Source of the DNA: a virus
Taxonomy: Duplodnaviria; Caudoviricetes
Length of the DNA stretch: 30,665 bases
IMG/VR virus record: IMGVR_UViG_3300025018_000412
Span: 1-30,665 of that record
Direction: 5' to 3' (one strand)
Below the pieces are notes generated by a model. That model was not told the DNA's origin, did no database searches, and was given only the letters and a program-made list of their open reading frames with translations. The position numbers and the translations under genes are program-made. Below are positions 1 to 9,048 of the stretch, in pieces (positions within the stretch are counted from its first letter, which is position 1; the number at the start of each line of letters is the position of its first letter).

Positions 1-137
1 GTCCGATACCTTGGCTCGCTATCGAACAGTATTGCATGGTGAAGGGACTTGATGAAGAACAGCAAGAGGCGATGCACCATCACATAATCGCGATGGACAC
101 CGTCTACATGAAGTATCAAGCAAAGAAGCAGAAGTAA
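1..137 (+). CDS. 3' end of putative tail assembly chaperone (partial)
   Basis: Frame from base 3 reads PIPWLAIEQYCMVKGLDEEQQEAMHHHIIAMDTVYMKYQAKKQK*. Its TAA (135-137) overlaps the next ATG. The PIPW.AI..Y pattern and the position two genes upstream of the tape measure fit a tail chaperone C-terminal part. Confidence 0.6.
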   Translation, partial: PIPWLAIEQYCMVKGLDEEQQEAMHHHIIAMDTVYMKYQAKKQK

Positions 138-619
138 TGGCCGATCTTCTTCAGTTCTCAAAAAACATAAGGCGGCGCGGTCGTCAGGTTGAGAACTCTG
201 CTTCTGAACTTGTTCGCAGCATGGCAAAGCGAACTCTTCGTTCCCTCGTGCAGAACACCAAGGCCGATACGGGTAAGGCTCGTTCCAACTGGCGTGTCGG
301 CCTTGGCGCTGCTCCAACTGCTGTCATTGAGCCTTACGCTCCCTATCCGAAGGGCAGCAAGGCGAATGGACGTGGCGCTGCTGAAACGGCGAATGCCGCA
401 GCGGCGATCTCTGCTGGCAACGCTCGCATCAACTCTGTCAAGGGTGTTGCAGGTGTTGGTCTGAAGACCGCAATCTACATCGCAAATAACGTACCGTATC
501 TGGACAAAGCACTGCTTCCGGGAGCGGTTGAGATTTCCATTCGTGAAGCCCAAGCGGTTGTCCGTGGCTTTCGTGTGTTCGACAGAAGTGCTGGCGGCGA
601 TGACGGAGGCGATCTGTAA
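137..619 (+). CDS. HK97 gp10-like tail completion/neck protein
   Basis: 160 aa with TKADTGKARSNW, resembling the TPVDTG.xR.xW motif of HK97-gp10-like proteins; translationally coupled (TAATG) on both sides. Confidence 0.6.
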   Translation: MADLLQFSKNIRRRGRQVENSASELVRSMAKRTLRSLVQNTKADTGKARSNWRVGLGAAPTAVIEPYAPYPKGSKANGRGAAETANAAAAISAGNARINSVKGVAGVGLKTAIYIANNVPYLDKALLPGAVEISIREAQAVVRGFRVFDRSAGGDDGGDL

Positions 620-3600
620 TGGTCACAGAAAATGTAACAATCAGCTTCGTTGAGAACGGTGCCCGTGTTGTCAAACGCAAGATCGATGAAATCGGTCAAG
701 CAGCGAACAATGCAACTCGTGGTATCTTCCTCCTCAAGCGTGCCCTGTTCGTCTTGGGTGGTGCAGGTGTTGTGAACAGTCTCATCAAGATGACTGACGC
801 ACTCACCAACATGGAAAACAAGCTTCGTCTCACGAGCACAAGCACGGCGAACCTCGAAGCAGTTCAAGACGCATTGTTCGCGTCTGCAAATCGCTCCCGC
901 TCTGCGGTTGAAGCGACTGCTGATGTCTACAGTCGTATCGCTCTCTCAGCGCGTGGTCTTGGTGCAAGCCAACAGCAAATCATCGCTGTCACCGAAACTC
1001 TGCAGAAAGCCGCTATCATCTCGGGTGCTTCTGCTCAGGAAGCCAACGCGGCGCTCGTTCAGCTTGGGCAGGGTCTTGCCTCTGACCGTTTGTCTGGTGA
1101 CGAACTTCGTTCTGTTCTGGAACAGCTTCCCTACGTTGCCGACATCATTGTCGATTATCTGAACAAGACTGGTCAGTTCGGTACGGTAACTCGTGGCACC
1201 TTGCGTCAGCTTGGTAAAGAAGGCAAACTCACTGCTGACGTTGTGTTCAAAGCGATTGAAGCTGCACAGTCCGGCGTGGACCAACTTTTCGCCCAAACGA
1301 ACCCGACCATCGAGCAGGCGTTCAACGTCGCCAGGAACAACCTGCTGAAATTCATTGACGACTTCGATGATGCGACTGGTGCCAGCGCGGTGCTCGCGAA
1401 AGCGATTATCGTTATCTCTCAGAACCTCGATATCGTGGTCGGCGTTCTTGGACTGGTGGCCGCTGGTTTTGCTCTTTCCTTCGGTGCTGCTCTTCTTGGG
1501 CGGATCAATGCCTATGTGGATGGCTTCACTCGTGCTGGTGCTGCTCTCGCTCGGTATGCAGCAATCCAAGTCGCTTCTGCAAACAAGCAGGTTGCAGCGA
1601 CTTCTGCAACTCTCAACGATACCCGCGCTCGTCTGCAGAACATCACAACTCGTCAAGCCCAAATAGGTGCGACGCTCCGCAACGCTCAGGCTGAATATGC
1701 AGAAGCAGAAGCGCAATTCGTAGGTGGTCGCGCTCGGTCCGCTGCGACTGGTCAGTTCATCGCCATGCAAGGCGCTCGTGATCGGCTCACTGCTGCGACA
1801 ATTCGTCTCACTGCTGCTGAGCGTGCGAACAATATCGCAACCGGAAGAAGCGCCGCACTGTCTGCTGAGGTTACGGCGGCTGAGACCGCTCAGGCCGCTG
1901 CTAGGACGCGGCTAGTGGTGACAACGGCGGCTCAGGGTGGCTTTGTGGCACGCTTGGCAGGCACCTTCCCGCTGCTCACAGGGCTTGTCCGTGCGGCGGC
2001 TGGTGCGTTCTCAGGGCTGTTCGCCATATTGGCGGCAAACCCTGTCGGCGCTGTCATCGCTGCCATTGTTGCTTTGATCGCCCTTATCTTTGCTTTTGGA
2101 AATCATATCAAAGTCACTGCGGATGGAGTGGTTGGTTTGAGAGATGCAATGATTGCAGCTTTCCAGCTTATCTATGAAGCTATCTCCAGAGTTGTGAGCG
2201 CTCTCATCGACTTCTTGCAACCTGCAATCAATGTCTTGAAAGATGCTTGGGCCAGCTACCTCCAGCTTGTGATCGATGTCTGGACTGGCATCGGTACGAT
2301 TGTCTTGAATGTGATCAACCTTATTCTCGGCACCATCGTCGGGTTCGTAAACGGTACGATCAAAGCATGGGGCACGCTTCCCGCTGCCATTCTCGATATC
2401 ATGACCATCATCAGGAACGGTGTTCTCACCGCTGTCGAGAATTTGGTGAACGGCTTCATTGATGGAGTGAGAAGCATTCCTGAGAAGTTCGGTCAGGCGA
2501 TGGAAGCAATTTCGCAGTTCGCCAGCGATGCAGTGACCTACGTCTTCGACGCCTTCTCTGCACTTCCTGGAGCCATTGCGGCGATTGCCGAAAAGGCCGC
2601 AGCATTCTTGAAACAGAAATTCCTCGAAGCGATCAACGTCATCATCAACGCGCTGAACGCTCTTCCAGGTATCGCTATCGATACCTTTGACGCTGTCGGC
2701 GCAGCGACTGGTGATATCAGCTTCGATCTGCCGACGCTTCCCAGCTTCGAGCCAATCTTTGATCAGGGCCGCTTGTCTCTTGAACAATTCAAGGGAGACG
2801 TGACTGGCGCTGCATCTGATGTCGGCAAGATCTATGCTGACGAATTCGCAAGCGCCTACTCTCGCAATCTGGCTGGTGAGGCTGGTGCTGCTGTCCTGGA
2901 TGCTGCTGGAAAACTCGGCACCGCTATCACGGACCGCGCTCGTCAGAACATCGTAAATCAACCTCCTGCTGGTACTGTCTCAACTACTCCTACGACACCG
3001 ACCAATGTTCCGGGGGCTGGTGGTGGCAAGGGTGGTAAAGATCAGAAAACCTTTGCTCAGGAACTGGCCGAACTTCAGCAGAAGATCGAACTGGAGAAAC
3101 AGTACGGTATCCAGAAAGAAATCAACAACCAAATCTTGTCCATCGAGAAATCTATCAAGCGTGAACTGTCAGCGACTGAGAAAGATCAGGTTGCCTCGGC
3201 GGTTCAACTGCTCGAGATCTCCAAAGCATATGGGTCTATCCTCGAGGAAATTCGCGGCCCACAAGAAGCACTGCAATTCGGTCAGGCTGCTCTCAATCAA
3301 TTGTTTGAAGAGGGAGCGATCTCTCTTGAGAACTACAACTCCAAACTGCGCGACCTTCAGATCAACGCTGACAAAGCTGCGAATACAATCGGCGGTGGCT
3401 TCAGGGCTGCAATCGGTGGAGCCATTCAGTCTGCTGGTGAGTTCGGCGAGTCGCTTGGTGGTGTCATCGTTGGAGCGGCTGGTAAAGCTGCTGACGCAAT
3501 CGTTGAGTTCGCTCAAACGGGTAAACTCAACATTCGCGCTTTCTTTGCAGACCTGTTCGCTCAGCTTCTGAAACTCGCGGCACAACGTCTCCTTCTTTCC

Positions 3601-3963
3601 TTCCTCGGTGGCTTCTTGGGCATTCCGGGCGGTGGCTTCGGTGGTGGCGGCGGTGGTCTTGGGTTCGCGACTGGTGGATCAATTCTCCCCAGCGGACCAG
3701 GATCAACCGATTCGCAAGTAGTAGCATTTGCCAAGAGACCTGATGAGCGTGTAGACATACTCACGCCGGGTCAGCAACAGGCTAAGAAAAACGGGGAAGG
3801 TCAGGGCGGCGGAACCACGGTGGTTCAATCTCCTCCTGTCAATATCGCCGCTGTTCTCAGCCCAAGCGACATCATCGGGGTGTTCAATGATGGCGGTGAT
3901 ACGCAGATCATTAACATTCTGCAACGTAACTCGTCGACCGTAAAGCAGATCGCACAGTCCTAA
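619..3963 (+). CDS. Tail tape measure protein
   Basis: 1114 aa, Ala/Gly-rich and helical. The N-terminal tape-measure domain reads ALVQLGQGLASDRLSGDELRSVLEQLP, followed by hydrophobic stretches and a C-terminal GFATGG motif. Confidence 0.93.
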   Translation: MVTENVTISFVENGARVVKRKIDEIGQAANNATRGIFLLKRALFVLGGAGVVNSLIKMTDALTNMENKLRLTSTSTANLEAVQDALFASANRSRSAVEATADVYSRIALSARGLGASQQQIIAVTETLQKAAIISGASAQEANAALVQLGQGLASDRLSGDELRSVLEQLPYVADIIVDYLNKTGQFGTVTRGTLRQLGKEGKLTADVVFKAIEAAQSGVDQLFAQTNPTIEQAFNVARNNLLKFIDDFDDATGASAVLAKAIIVISQNLDIVVGVLGLVAAGFALSFGAALLGRINAYVDGFTRAGAALARYAAIQVASANKQVAATSATLNDTRARLQNITTRQAQIGATLRNAQAEYAEAEAQFVGGRARSAATGQFIAMQGARDRLTAATIRLTAAERANNIATGRSAALSAEVTAAETAQAAARTRLVVTTAAQGGFVARLAGTFPLLTGLVRAAAGAFSGLFAILAANPVGAVIAAIVALIALIFAFGNHIKVTADGVVGLRDAMIAAFQLIYEAISRVVSALIDFLQPAINVLKDAWASYLQLVIDVWTGIGTIVLNVINLILGTIVGFVNGTIKAWGTLPAAILDIMTIIRNGVLTAVENLVNGFIDGVRSIPEKFGQAMEAISQFASDAVTYVFDAFSALPGAIAAIAEKAAAFLKQKFLEAINVIINALNALPGIAIDTFDAVGAATGDISFDLPTLPSFEPIFDQGRLSLEQFKGDVTGAASDVGKIYADEFASAYSRNLAGEAGAAVLDAAGKLGTAITDRARQNIVNQPPAGTVSTTPTTPTNVPGAGGGKGGKDQKTFAQELAELQQKIELEKQYGIQKEINNQILSIEKSIKRELSATEKDQVASAVQLLEISKAYGSILEEIRGPQEALQFGQAALNQLFEEGAISLENYNSKLRDLQINADKAANTIGGGFRAAIGGAIQSAGEFGESLGGVIVGAAGKAADAIVEFAQTGKLNIRAFFADLFAQLLKLAAQRLLLSFLGGFLGIPGGGFGGGGGGLGFATGGSILPSGPGSTDSQVVAFAKRPDERVDILTPGQQQAKKNGEGQGGGTTVVQSPPVNIAAVLSPSDIIGVFNDGGDTQIINILQRNSSTVKQIAQS

Positions 3964-3973
3964 GGGGAAACAC

Positions 3974-5464
3974 ATGCCTTTCACAACCGGAACCGCAGCG
4001 TCCCCCTCCGATCTGCTGAACAAGTTGAACACTCACCTCGTAGCGAATGGTTGGACCAAGCTGCGTGGTGAGACTGATATGGCTTGCGCGTCTCCGAAAG
4101 CTGCTCGGTACTGGCGGATCTTGGTCTGGGAGTCTGTTGGTACTACCATTGACTTTCGTGGATTGCAACTTTTCAATCTTCGCACGACCGCTGGCGGAGC
4201 AAACCAAGCGACTGTCGGTGCAAACTTCTCTTGCTCTTCAGTAGGAACCGGAACCGCTTCTCTCATGGCGGCTGGCGGACTGCTTCGTTCTCCTGATATT
4301 GATGACCGCGCTTGGTGGGTTCAGTATGATTTTGGTTCTCCGGTAACTGTTCGCGAGTTCTATGTTCGCGGTGACTTTGTGGTTAACAATTCTCCTCGTG
4401 ACTTCGCTTTTCAATGGTCTAATGATGGAGAAGTCTGGACCACGATGCAGGAGTACTACGCCCAATCGTGGACAGCCTCCGGATACAAGACTTTCACCAT
4501 CGCTGATGGCTTTCTCCTTGGGCGTCACGCGAGTTCAACTGCTCCTCGTCGTTCTGGTCGTAAAGAAGACTTCACCGTCAACGCTTCCTGGGTTGGTAGC
4601 GGAGCCCGTGATTTTTCTGAAGATGTCTGGGCTTGGCAGGCTCCCGGATATGATGCTGCACGTCGCGTCTATGTCTATGCTCGCAGCTATTGCAGGGCTT
4701 CTTCTTCGACACACGTTATCGAGTGGGATTTCTCCACTGAGTATGATGCTGCTATCAGGGCTTGGAACGGTCAGGTCGGTTCTTCGCTGGCATCAAGATC
4801 TCACATGATGGACTCTGGAACTATCTCGTATTGGATTTATTCCAACTCGAAACGGTTCATTCTCATCACGAGGTCCGGAACTCAAGACTATACATCTTCG
4901 TATTGTGGATTTCTTTCTGCATTTGCGACGCCTGATGATTTCCCGTATCCACTCTGCATCTCGACAACGATGCTGGATGCTTCAACTTTCACGTTCGGCA
5001 CAGCGAATGCTAGTCTCTCTTCGTGCGCTGATCCGGGTCTGAACTCCTGTGTTGCTCGTCTCTGGGACGGTACGATCATCAGTGCGGGAAATCGTCCTGA
5101 TAGCAACACATCAAATCTTTATCTCTCAACACCAGCAACATCATGGATCTGGCCGTATCACTTCGGTGCTACTGGTCGTCCAGTGTGGCCTTACGGTATC
5201 GGCTCTGACTATTTTGATTATGTTGGAGCACACATCTTCGACTACGTGAGAGCGACTGAGCAATCAGAGTTGCCGTTGATACCCTGTACTCTTCAGCATG
5301 ATCCTTACGGAAACATTGGAACTCTTGATGGAGTATTCGCAATTCCTTCTGGTGGTCTGCTGACACCAACTCAAGTGATCACTATCGGTGGTCAAGACTA
5401 CAGAGTATTCCCAAATCGCACCCGTCGTGAGCCGGTTGCTTGGTTCTGCGTCCGGGAGGATTGA
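3974..5464 (+). CDS. Virion/tail structural protein with discoidin (F5/8 type C)-like insert
   Basis: 496 aa directly after the tape measure gene, with a GGGG RBS. The segment WWVQYDFGSPVTVREF...SPRDFAFQWSNDGEVWTT is discoidin-like. N-terminus (DLLNKLNTHLVANGWT) and C-terminus (QVITIGGQDYRVFP) parallel those of the next gene. Confidence 0.7.
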   Translation: MPFTTGTAASPSDLLNKLNTHLVANGWTKLRGETDMACASPKAARYWRILVWESVGTTIDFRGLQLFNLRTTAGGANQATVGANFSCSSVGTGTASLMAAGGLLRSPDIDDRAWWVQYDFGSPVTVREFYVRGDFVVNNSPRDFAFQWSNDGEVWTTMQEYYAQSWTASGYKTFTIADGFLLGRHASSTAPRRSGRKEDFTVNASWVGSGARDFSEDVWAWQAPGYDAARRVYVYARSYCRASSSTHVIEWDFSTEYDAAIRAWNGQVGSSLASRSHMMDSGTISYWIYSNSKRFILITRSGTQDYTSSYCGFLSAFATPDDFPYPLCISTTMLDASTFTFGTANASLSSCADPGLNSCVARLWDGTIISAGNRPDSNTSNLYLSTPATSWIWPYHFGATGRPVWPYGIGSDYFDYVGAHIFDYVRATEQSELPLIPCTLQHDPYGNIGTLDGVFAIPSGGLLTPTQVITIGGQDYRVFPNRTRREPVAWFCVRED

Positions 5465-5465
5465 T

Positions 5466-6533
5466 ATGACTTATTCCACAGGTTCTGGAGACTACAACGC
5501 TTTGATGGCGGCTGTCTTGGCCCATGCTGTCAGCGATGGTTGGACTACCACTGGCGGAAATTGGCCGATCTCGAAAGGCAACGTTCGTGGTGTTGATTGG
5601 ACTTCTTATACCGCGAGTGAGGCAGACAGAACTCTGCTCGGCGGAGCATCAAAGACTGCACGTTATATTCGTATCGCTATCGGCACATCGACTGCGAACG
5701 CAACTGCGAACAAAGCTGCGAACGGTACATCTGTTCAAGTTGCGAACATGGAGTACGCTCTCACTTCTTGGCATATCTTTTCAGATCCTTCGGTCTGTGA
5801 TCATATTAATGTTGTGGCAAACTTCTCGAATGGCGTGAACGCGGATTGCTATACTCACTTCTCTTTTGGTGAGTTGGACAAGCATGGTATGGGTCATACG
5901 GCAATCGTCTATGCGACTTCTAGCCCGAAGCGTGGTTACTCTGTCGATGGTTCCGTGAATATCACTTGCGGAGACTGGAATGGAGGAGAGTATGGACGTA
6001 CTCTCAGTCCGTATGTTGGTCAGGCAGCTTTCAGCTATCAATCGTATTATAATGGATGCAACAATCTGGTTTGGATTGTTGATCCAACCATTGCGCCGCT
6101 TCCTGCTTCTGGTTGGCCTGCAATCAATGCTTTGAATGACAACTCTCAAGTTCTCAACACAATTCAACACTATTCGAGTTCTTGGACAAACATCCAACCG
6201 AGTTTCAGGACTGCGTCAAACTCGGAACCGTCTTGGTCCTGCTGGCCACAATTCACAACTCCTCAACCTTATTCTGGTGCTGTCAGTATGGCACCTCTCC
6301 CCTTTTGGGTTTTGCAGAGTTTGACTTCCAGCGCACAGATCATGTATGTCGGAAGCTTTCCGAATGTGAGAGTGTGTTCGATGGAAAGCTACAATCCCCA
6401 GACGATCATTACCTATGGATCTGAGGACTGGATGCTTTTCCCGATGTTGCGCTCTACTCCTTGGGCTCAAATGCAGACGCTCGATGTGGTCTCATCTGGT
6501 CGCACTGGCTATGCTTTCAAAAAGGTTCCGTGA
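5466..6533 (+). CDS. Virion/tail structural protein
   Basis: Start reassigned to ATG 5466, which follows GGAGGA. N-terminus (ALMAAVLAHAVSDGWT) and C-terminus (IITYGSEDWMLFP) are paralog-like to the upstream gene; lies in the tail module. Confidence 0.7.
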   Translation: MTYSTGSGDYNALMAAVLAHAVSDGWTTTGGNWPISKGNVRGVDWTSYTASEADRTLLGGASKTARYIRIAIGTSTANATANKAANGTSVQVANMEYALTSWHIFSDPSVCDHINVVANFSNGVNADCYTHFSFGELDKHGMGHTAIVYATSSPKRGYSVDGSVNITCGDWNGGEYGRTLSPYVGQAAFSYQSYYNGCNNLVWIVDPTIAPLPASGWPAINALNDNSQVLNTIQHYSSSWTNIQPSFRTASNSEPSWSCWPQFTTPQPYSGAVSMAPLPFWVLQSLTSSAQIMYVGSFPNVRVCSMESYNPQTIITYGSEDWMLFPMLRSTPWAQMQTLDVVSSGRTGYAFKKVP

Positions 6534-8245
6534 TGGCATTCATTGCACCCGGATCAATTGTTGCTTTCTGGAACAGCGATGCTGGCGCTGATCGTCTTGT
6601 GTTCAGTGGAACCCAAGCGCCGCGTCAGGGTGGAAGTTATGCTGACACCGCTGAGTTGATTGCTGTTCAAGATCCGATTGTGATTGGTGACAATTACAGT
6701 TCTGTTGATGAGACCTCGTGGTCTCTAACGAGTGACGGTACAATCACTCCAATGCAGTACACTGATTTCCACTTTCGTTTTTGGGTCATTCCTGAAGAAC
6801 TTCGTCTGGCGAACCCTCTTATCAATACCGATATTCCGTTCGCCATCTGGAGCACTTTTCCAGTTATCCAAACTCTGCAAGCAATCAACGTTCTTGGCTC
6901 TGAAGTTCTGACTTTCGATAAGACTGCTTTGGTCAGCACTATCAGAGACTCTGAATACCAGAATGTCAATCTTCGTATCGGTCCCGGTGAACCCAACGTG
7001 GATGCAGTGGTCGAGTTCGTCTTTCCGCTCGGCATCGCGTATCTTATCGTTATCGCGACTGTCTCCGAAACTTTCAACCTCGTACCTGACGTGCCTGTCA
7101 ATGAGACGTGGGAATTCCTCACAGAGATCTTGACAGCCTATGATGGCACCGAGCAGCGCATCAGTCTGCGTCGCAATCCGCGCAGGAACATGGAGTTCTC
7201 TGTCGATATCATCGATCTTCAGCAGCGTCAAGAACAATACGAATTGCTGTTCAAGAACATGGGTCTTCAGGCTATCATCCCTGCTTATCAGCACGCAACT
7301 CGTATCACACAGACGACGACAATCGGTGGAAGTCGCTTGTACTTCGATGCGACCAAAACTCAGATGCGAGTTAACGAAAGCATCGTAATGATCAACATCA
7401 AAACCCAAGATGCACAGGTGGCGAAAGTCACTGCAATCTATAGTGATGGTGTTGACATCGGCTCCGCTGTTGGGCAAGATATTGATAACGGATATTATGT
7501 CTATCCCTGTCATGCTATGATCATTCAGAACGACTCTGGTCTGACCATGCAGAGCATCACCGGAAAGATGGACATACGGGCTGAGGGCTTTGCTCAGCCT
7601 GCCTTGCCGCGTCCTGGAGCAAGCATCAGCATTGATGTTGTAGATGGCCTGAACGTCATGCGTATCCGTCCTCTTGTGAGTGCTGACGAACTCTTTGCAA
7701 CTCGTGCTGAGATCGTTGATTTTGAAGTTGGTTTGAAAGCTATTCTCAGGAAAGCTGATCCTCACCCAACGCTGTCGGGAAGTCGCTCTTGGTTGATCAA
7801 ACGCTATGATCGTTCTGAGGACGAGGACTATATGCGTGAATTCATCGATCAGGCTCGTGGAGCGCAGAAAGCGTGGCTCATGCCGACTTGGCTTCCAGAC
7901 CTCACGCTGGCACCTATCGCAACTCCTGATCCGCTCGAAGGAACGCTGATTATCAATGAAGCGAACTACCCTTCATTGTTCTTCCCGTATCCGACTTGGC
8001 AATACATCATGATCCAGTACGGAACTCTTGCTCCGACTTTCCACAAGGTGACTGGTGCTGCTGTTCGCGATGATGGTTATGTTGATCTCAGCTTCACGCC
8101 TTCTTTGGCTGATGATCCACTCGTATCGGATATCACAATGATCAGCTTCATGCTGAAAGTTCGTGGAACCGATGTTATTCGTAGACGCCATGAACATCGT
8201 GATACGGTGTATTCGTGGGGCATCTTGACAACGGATCATGGCTGA
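6533..8245 (+). CDS. Tail/baseplate (distal-tail-like) structural protein
   Basis: Start reassigned to ATG 6533 (TGATG coupling). Contains ETWEFLTEILTAYDGTEQRISLRRNPRR, a pattern recalled from tail proteins of YuA-like phages. Confidence 0.65.
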   Translation: MAFIAPGSIVAFWNSDAGADRLVFSGTQAPRQGGSYADTAELIAVQDPIVIGDNYSSVDETSWSLTSDGTITPMQYTDFHFRFWVIPEELRLANPLINTDIPFAIWSTFPVIQTLQAINVLGSEVLTFDKTALVSTIRDSEYQNVNLRIGPGEPNVDAVVEFVFPLGIAYLIVIATVSETFNLVPDVPVNETWEFLTEILTAYDGTEQRISLRRNPRRNMEFSVDIIDLQQRQEQYELLFKNMGLQAIIPAYQHATRITQTTTIGGSRLYFDATKTQMRVNESIVMINIKTQDAQVAKVTAIYSDGVDIGSAVGQDIDNGYYVYPCHAMIIQNDSGLTMQSITGKMDIRAEGFAQPALPRPGASISIDVVDGLNVMRIRPLVSADELFATRAEIVDFEVGLKAILRKADPHPTLSGSRSWLIKRYDRSEDEDYMREFIDQARGAQKAWLMPTWLPDLTLAPIATPDPLEGTLIINEANYPSLFFPYPTWQYIMIQYGTLAPTFHKVTGAAVRDDGYVDLSFTPSLADDPLVSDITMISFMLKVRGTDVIRRRHEHRDTVYSWGILTTDHG

Positions 8246-9048
8246 TGACATATCAAACTCAAGAAACTGGCATTCAAAGCGGCGCTCCTCGTGAAGTGTT
8301 CAAATTCACTGGGACATATAACAACTATTATCTCACCAGCTACTATGAGTCGCTGACTGTTAACGGTCAGGTGTACTCGCCGATTACGATTGAGCGTAAC
8401 GCTCTCAAAGTCGGGACCCAAGAGGAGGATCAACTCGCTCTGGAAGTCACGCTGCCTTTCACGCATCCGATGGTTCGTGAATATGCTTACGATCAAGCAC
8501 CGCCCGCTCTGGTTTGCGAGATTTATCGCGTTCATGAAACCGATTACAACGATAGCGTTCTTCTTTGGAAGGGCCGCGTAACCTCGTTCACTGTTGAAGG
8601 TCAGCTTGCGAAGCTGCGTGTTCCCGCTATCTTTGGGTATATCATGGCTGGCTCTGCACCGACGCCACGCTATCAGGCTCCGTGCAACCATGTTCTCTAT
8701 GACACTCGGTGTGGTGTCAACGAAATTCTCAATCGTCAGGCTACGACTATAACTGGTGTCTTGAACAACATCATCACGGTTGCATCGAACTCATTCACTG
8801 GCACAGATCTCTACGCTGGTATGGTCCGTCTGACTTCTTCTGGTGAGGCCAGAATGATTGTCAGTGTCACTGGTCTTGACATCACTGTGACATATCCATT
8901 TTCAACCCTGACCGTTGGAGACTCGGTCCAACTGTTAAGGGGTTGCGACCATAGCTTTGCAACGTGTAAAACGAAGTTCAGCAACGGCGCACGCTACGGG
9001 GGGACCCCGCTGGTTCCGGCAAGAAACCCATTCACGAGCAAAATATGA
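8245..9048 (+). CDS. DUF2163/BR0599-family baseplate hub protein
   Basis: ATG 8245 is coupled to the upstream TGA. Cys motifs CNHVLYDTRCGV and GCDHSFATCKTKFSNGARYGGTP are characteristic of the BR0599 C-terminal domain. Confidence 0.85.
   Translation: MTYQTQETGIQSGAPREVFKFTGTYNNYYLTSYYESLTVNGQVYSPITIERNALKVGTQEEDQLALEVTLPFTHPMVREYAYDQAPPALVCEIYRVHETDYNDSVLLWKGRVTSFTVEGQLAKLRVPAIFGYIMAGSAPTPRYQAPCNHVLYDTRCGVNEILNRQATTITGVLNNIITVASNSFTGTDLYAGMVRLTSSGEARMIVSVTGLDITVTYPFSTLTVGDSVQLLRGCDHSFATCKTKFSNGARYGGTPLVPARNPFTSKI

Noticed and set aside
5388-8244. Upstream starts given in the ORF track (5388, 6461, 8215; also 16293, 21445, 25719, 30051)
   Set aside because: Downstream ATGs have RBSs or stop-start coupling and avoid long overlaps, so starts were reassigned.
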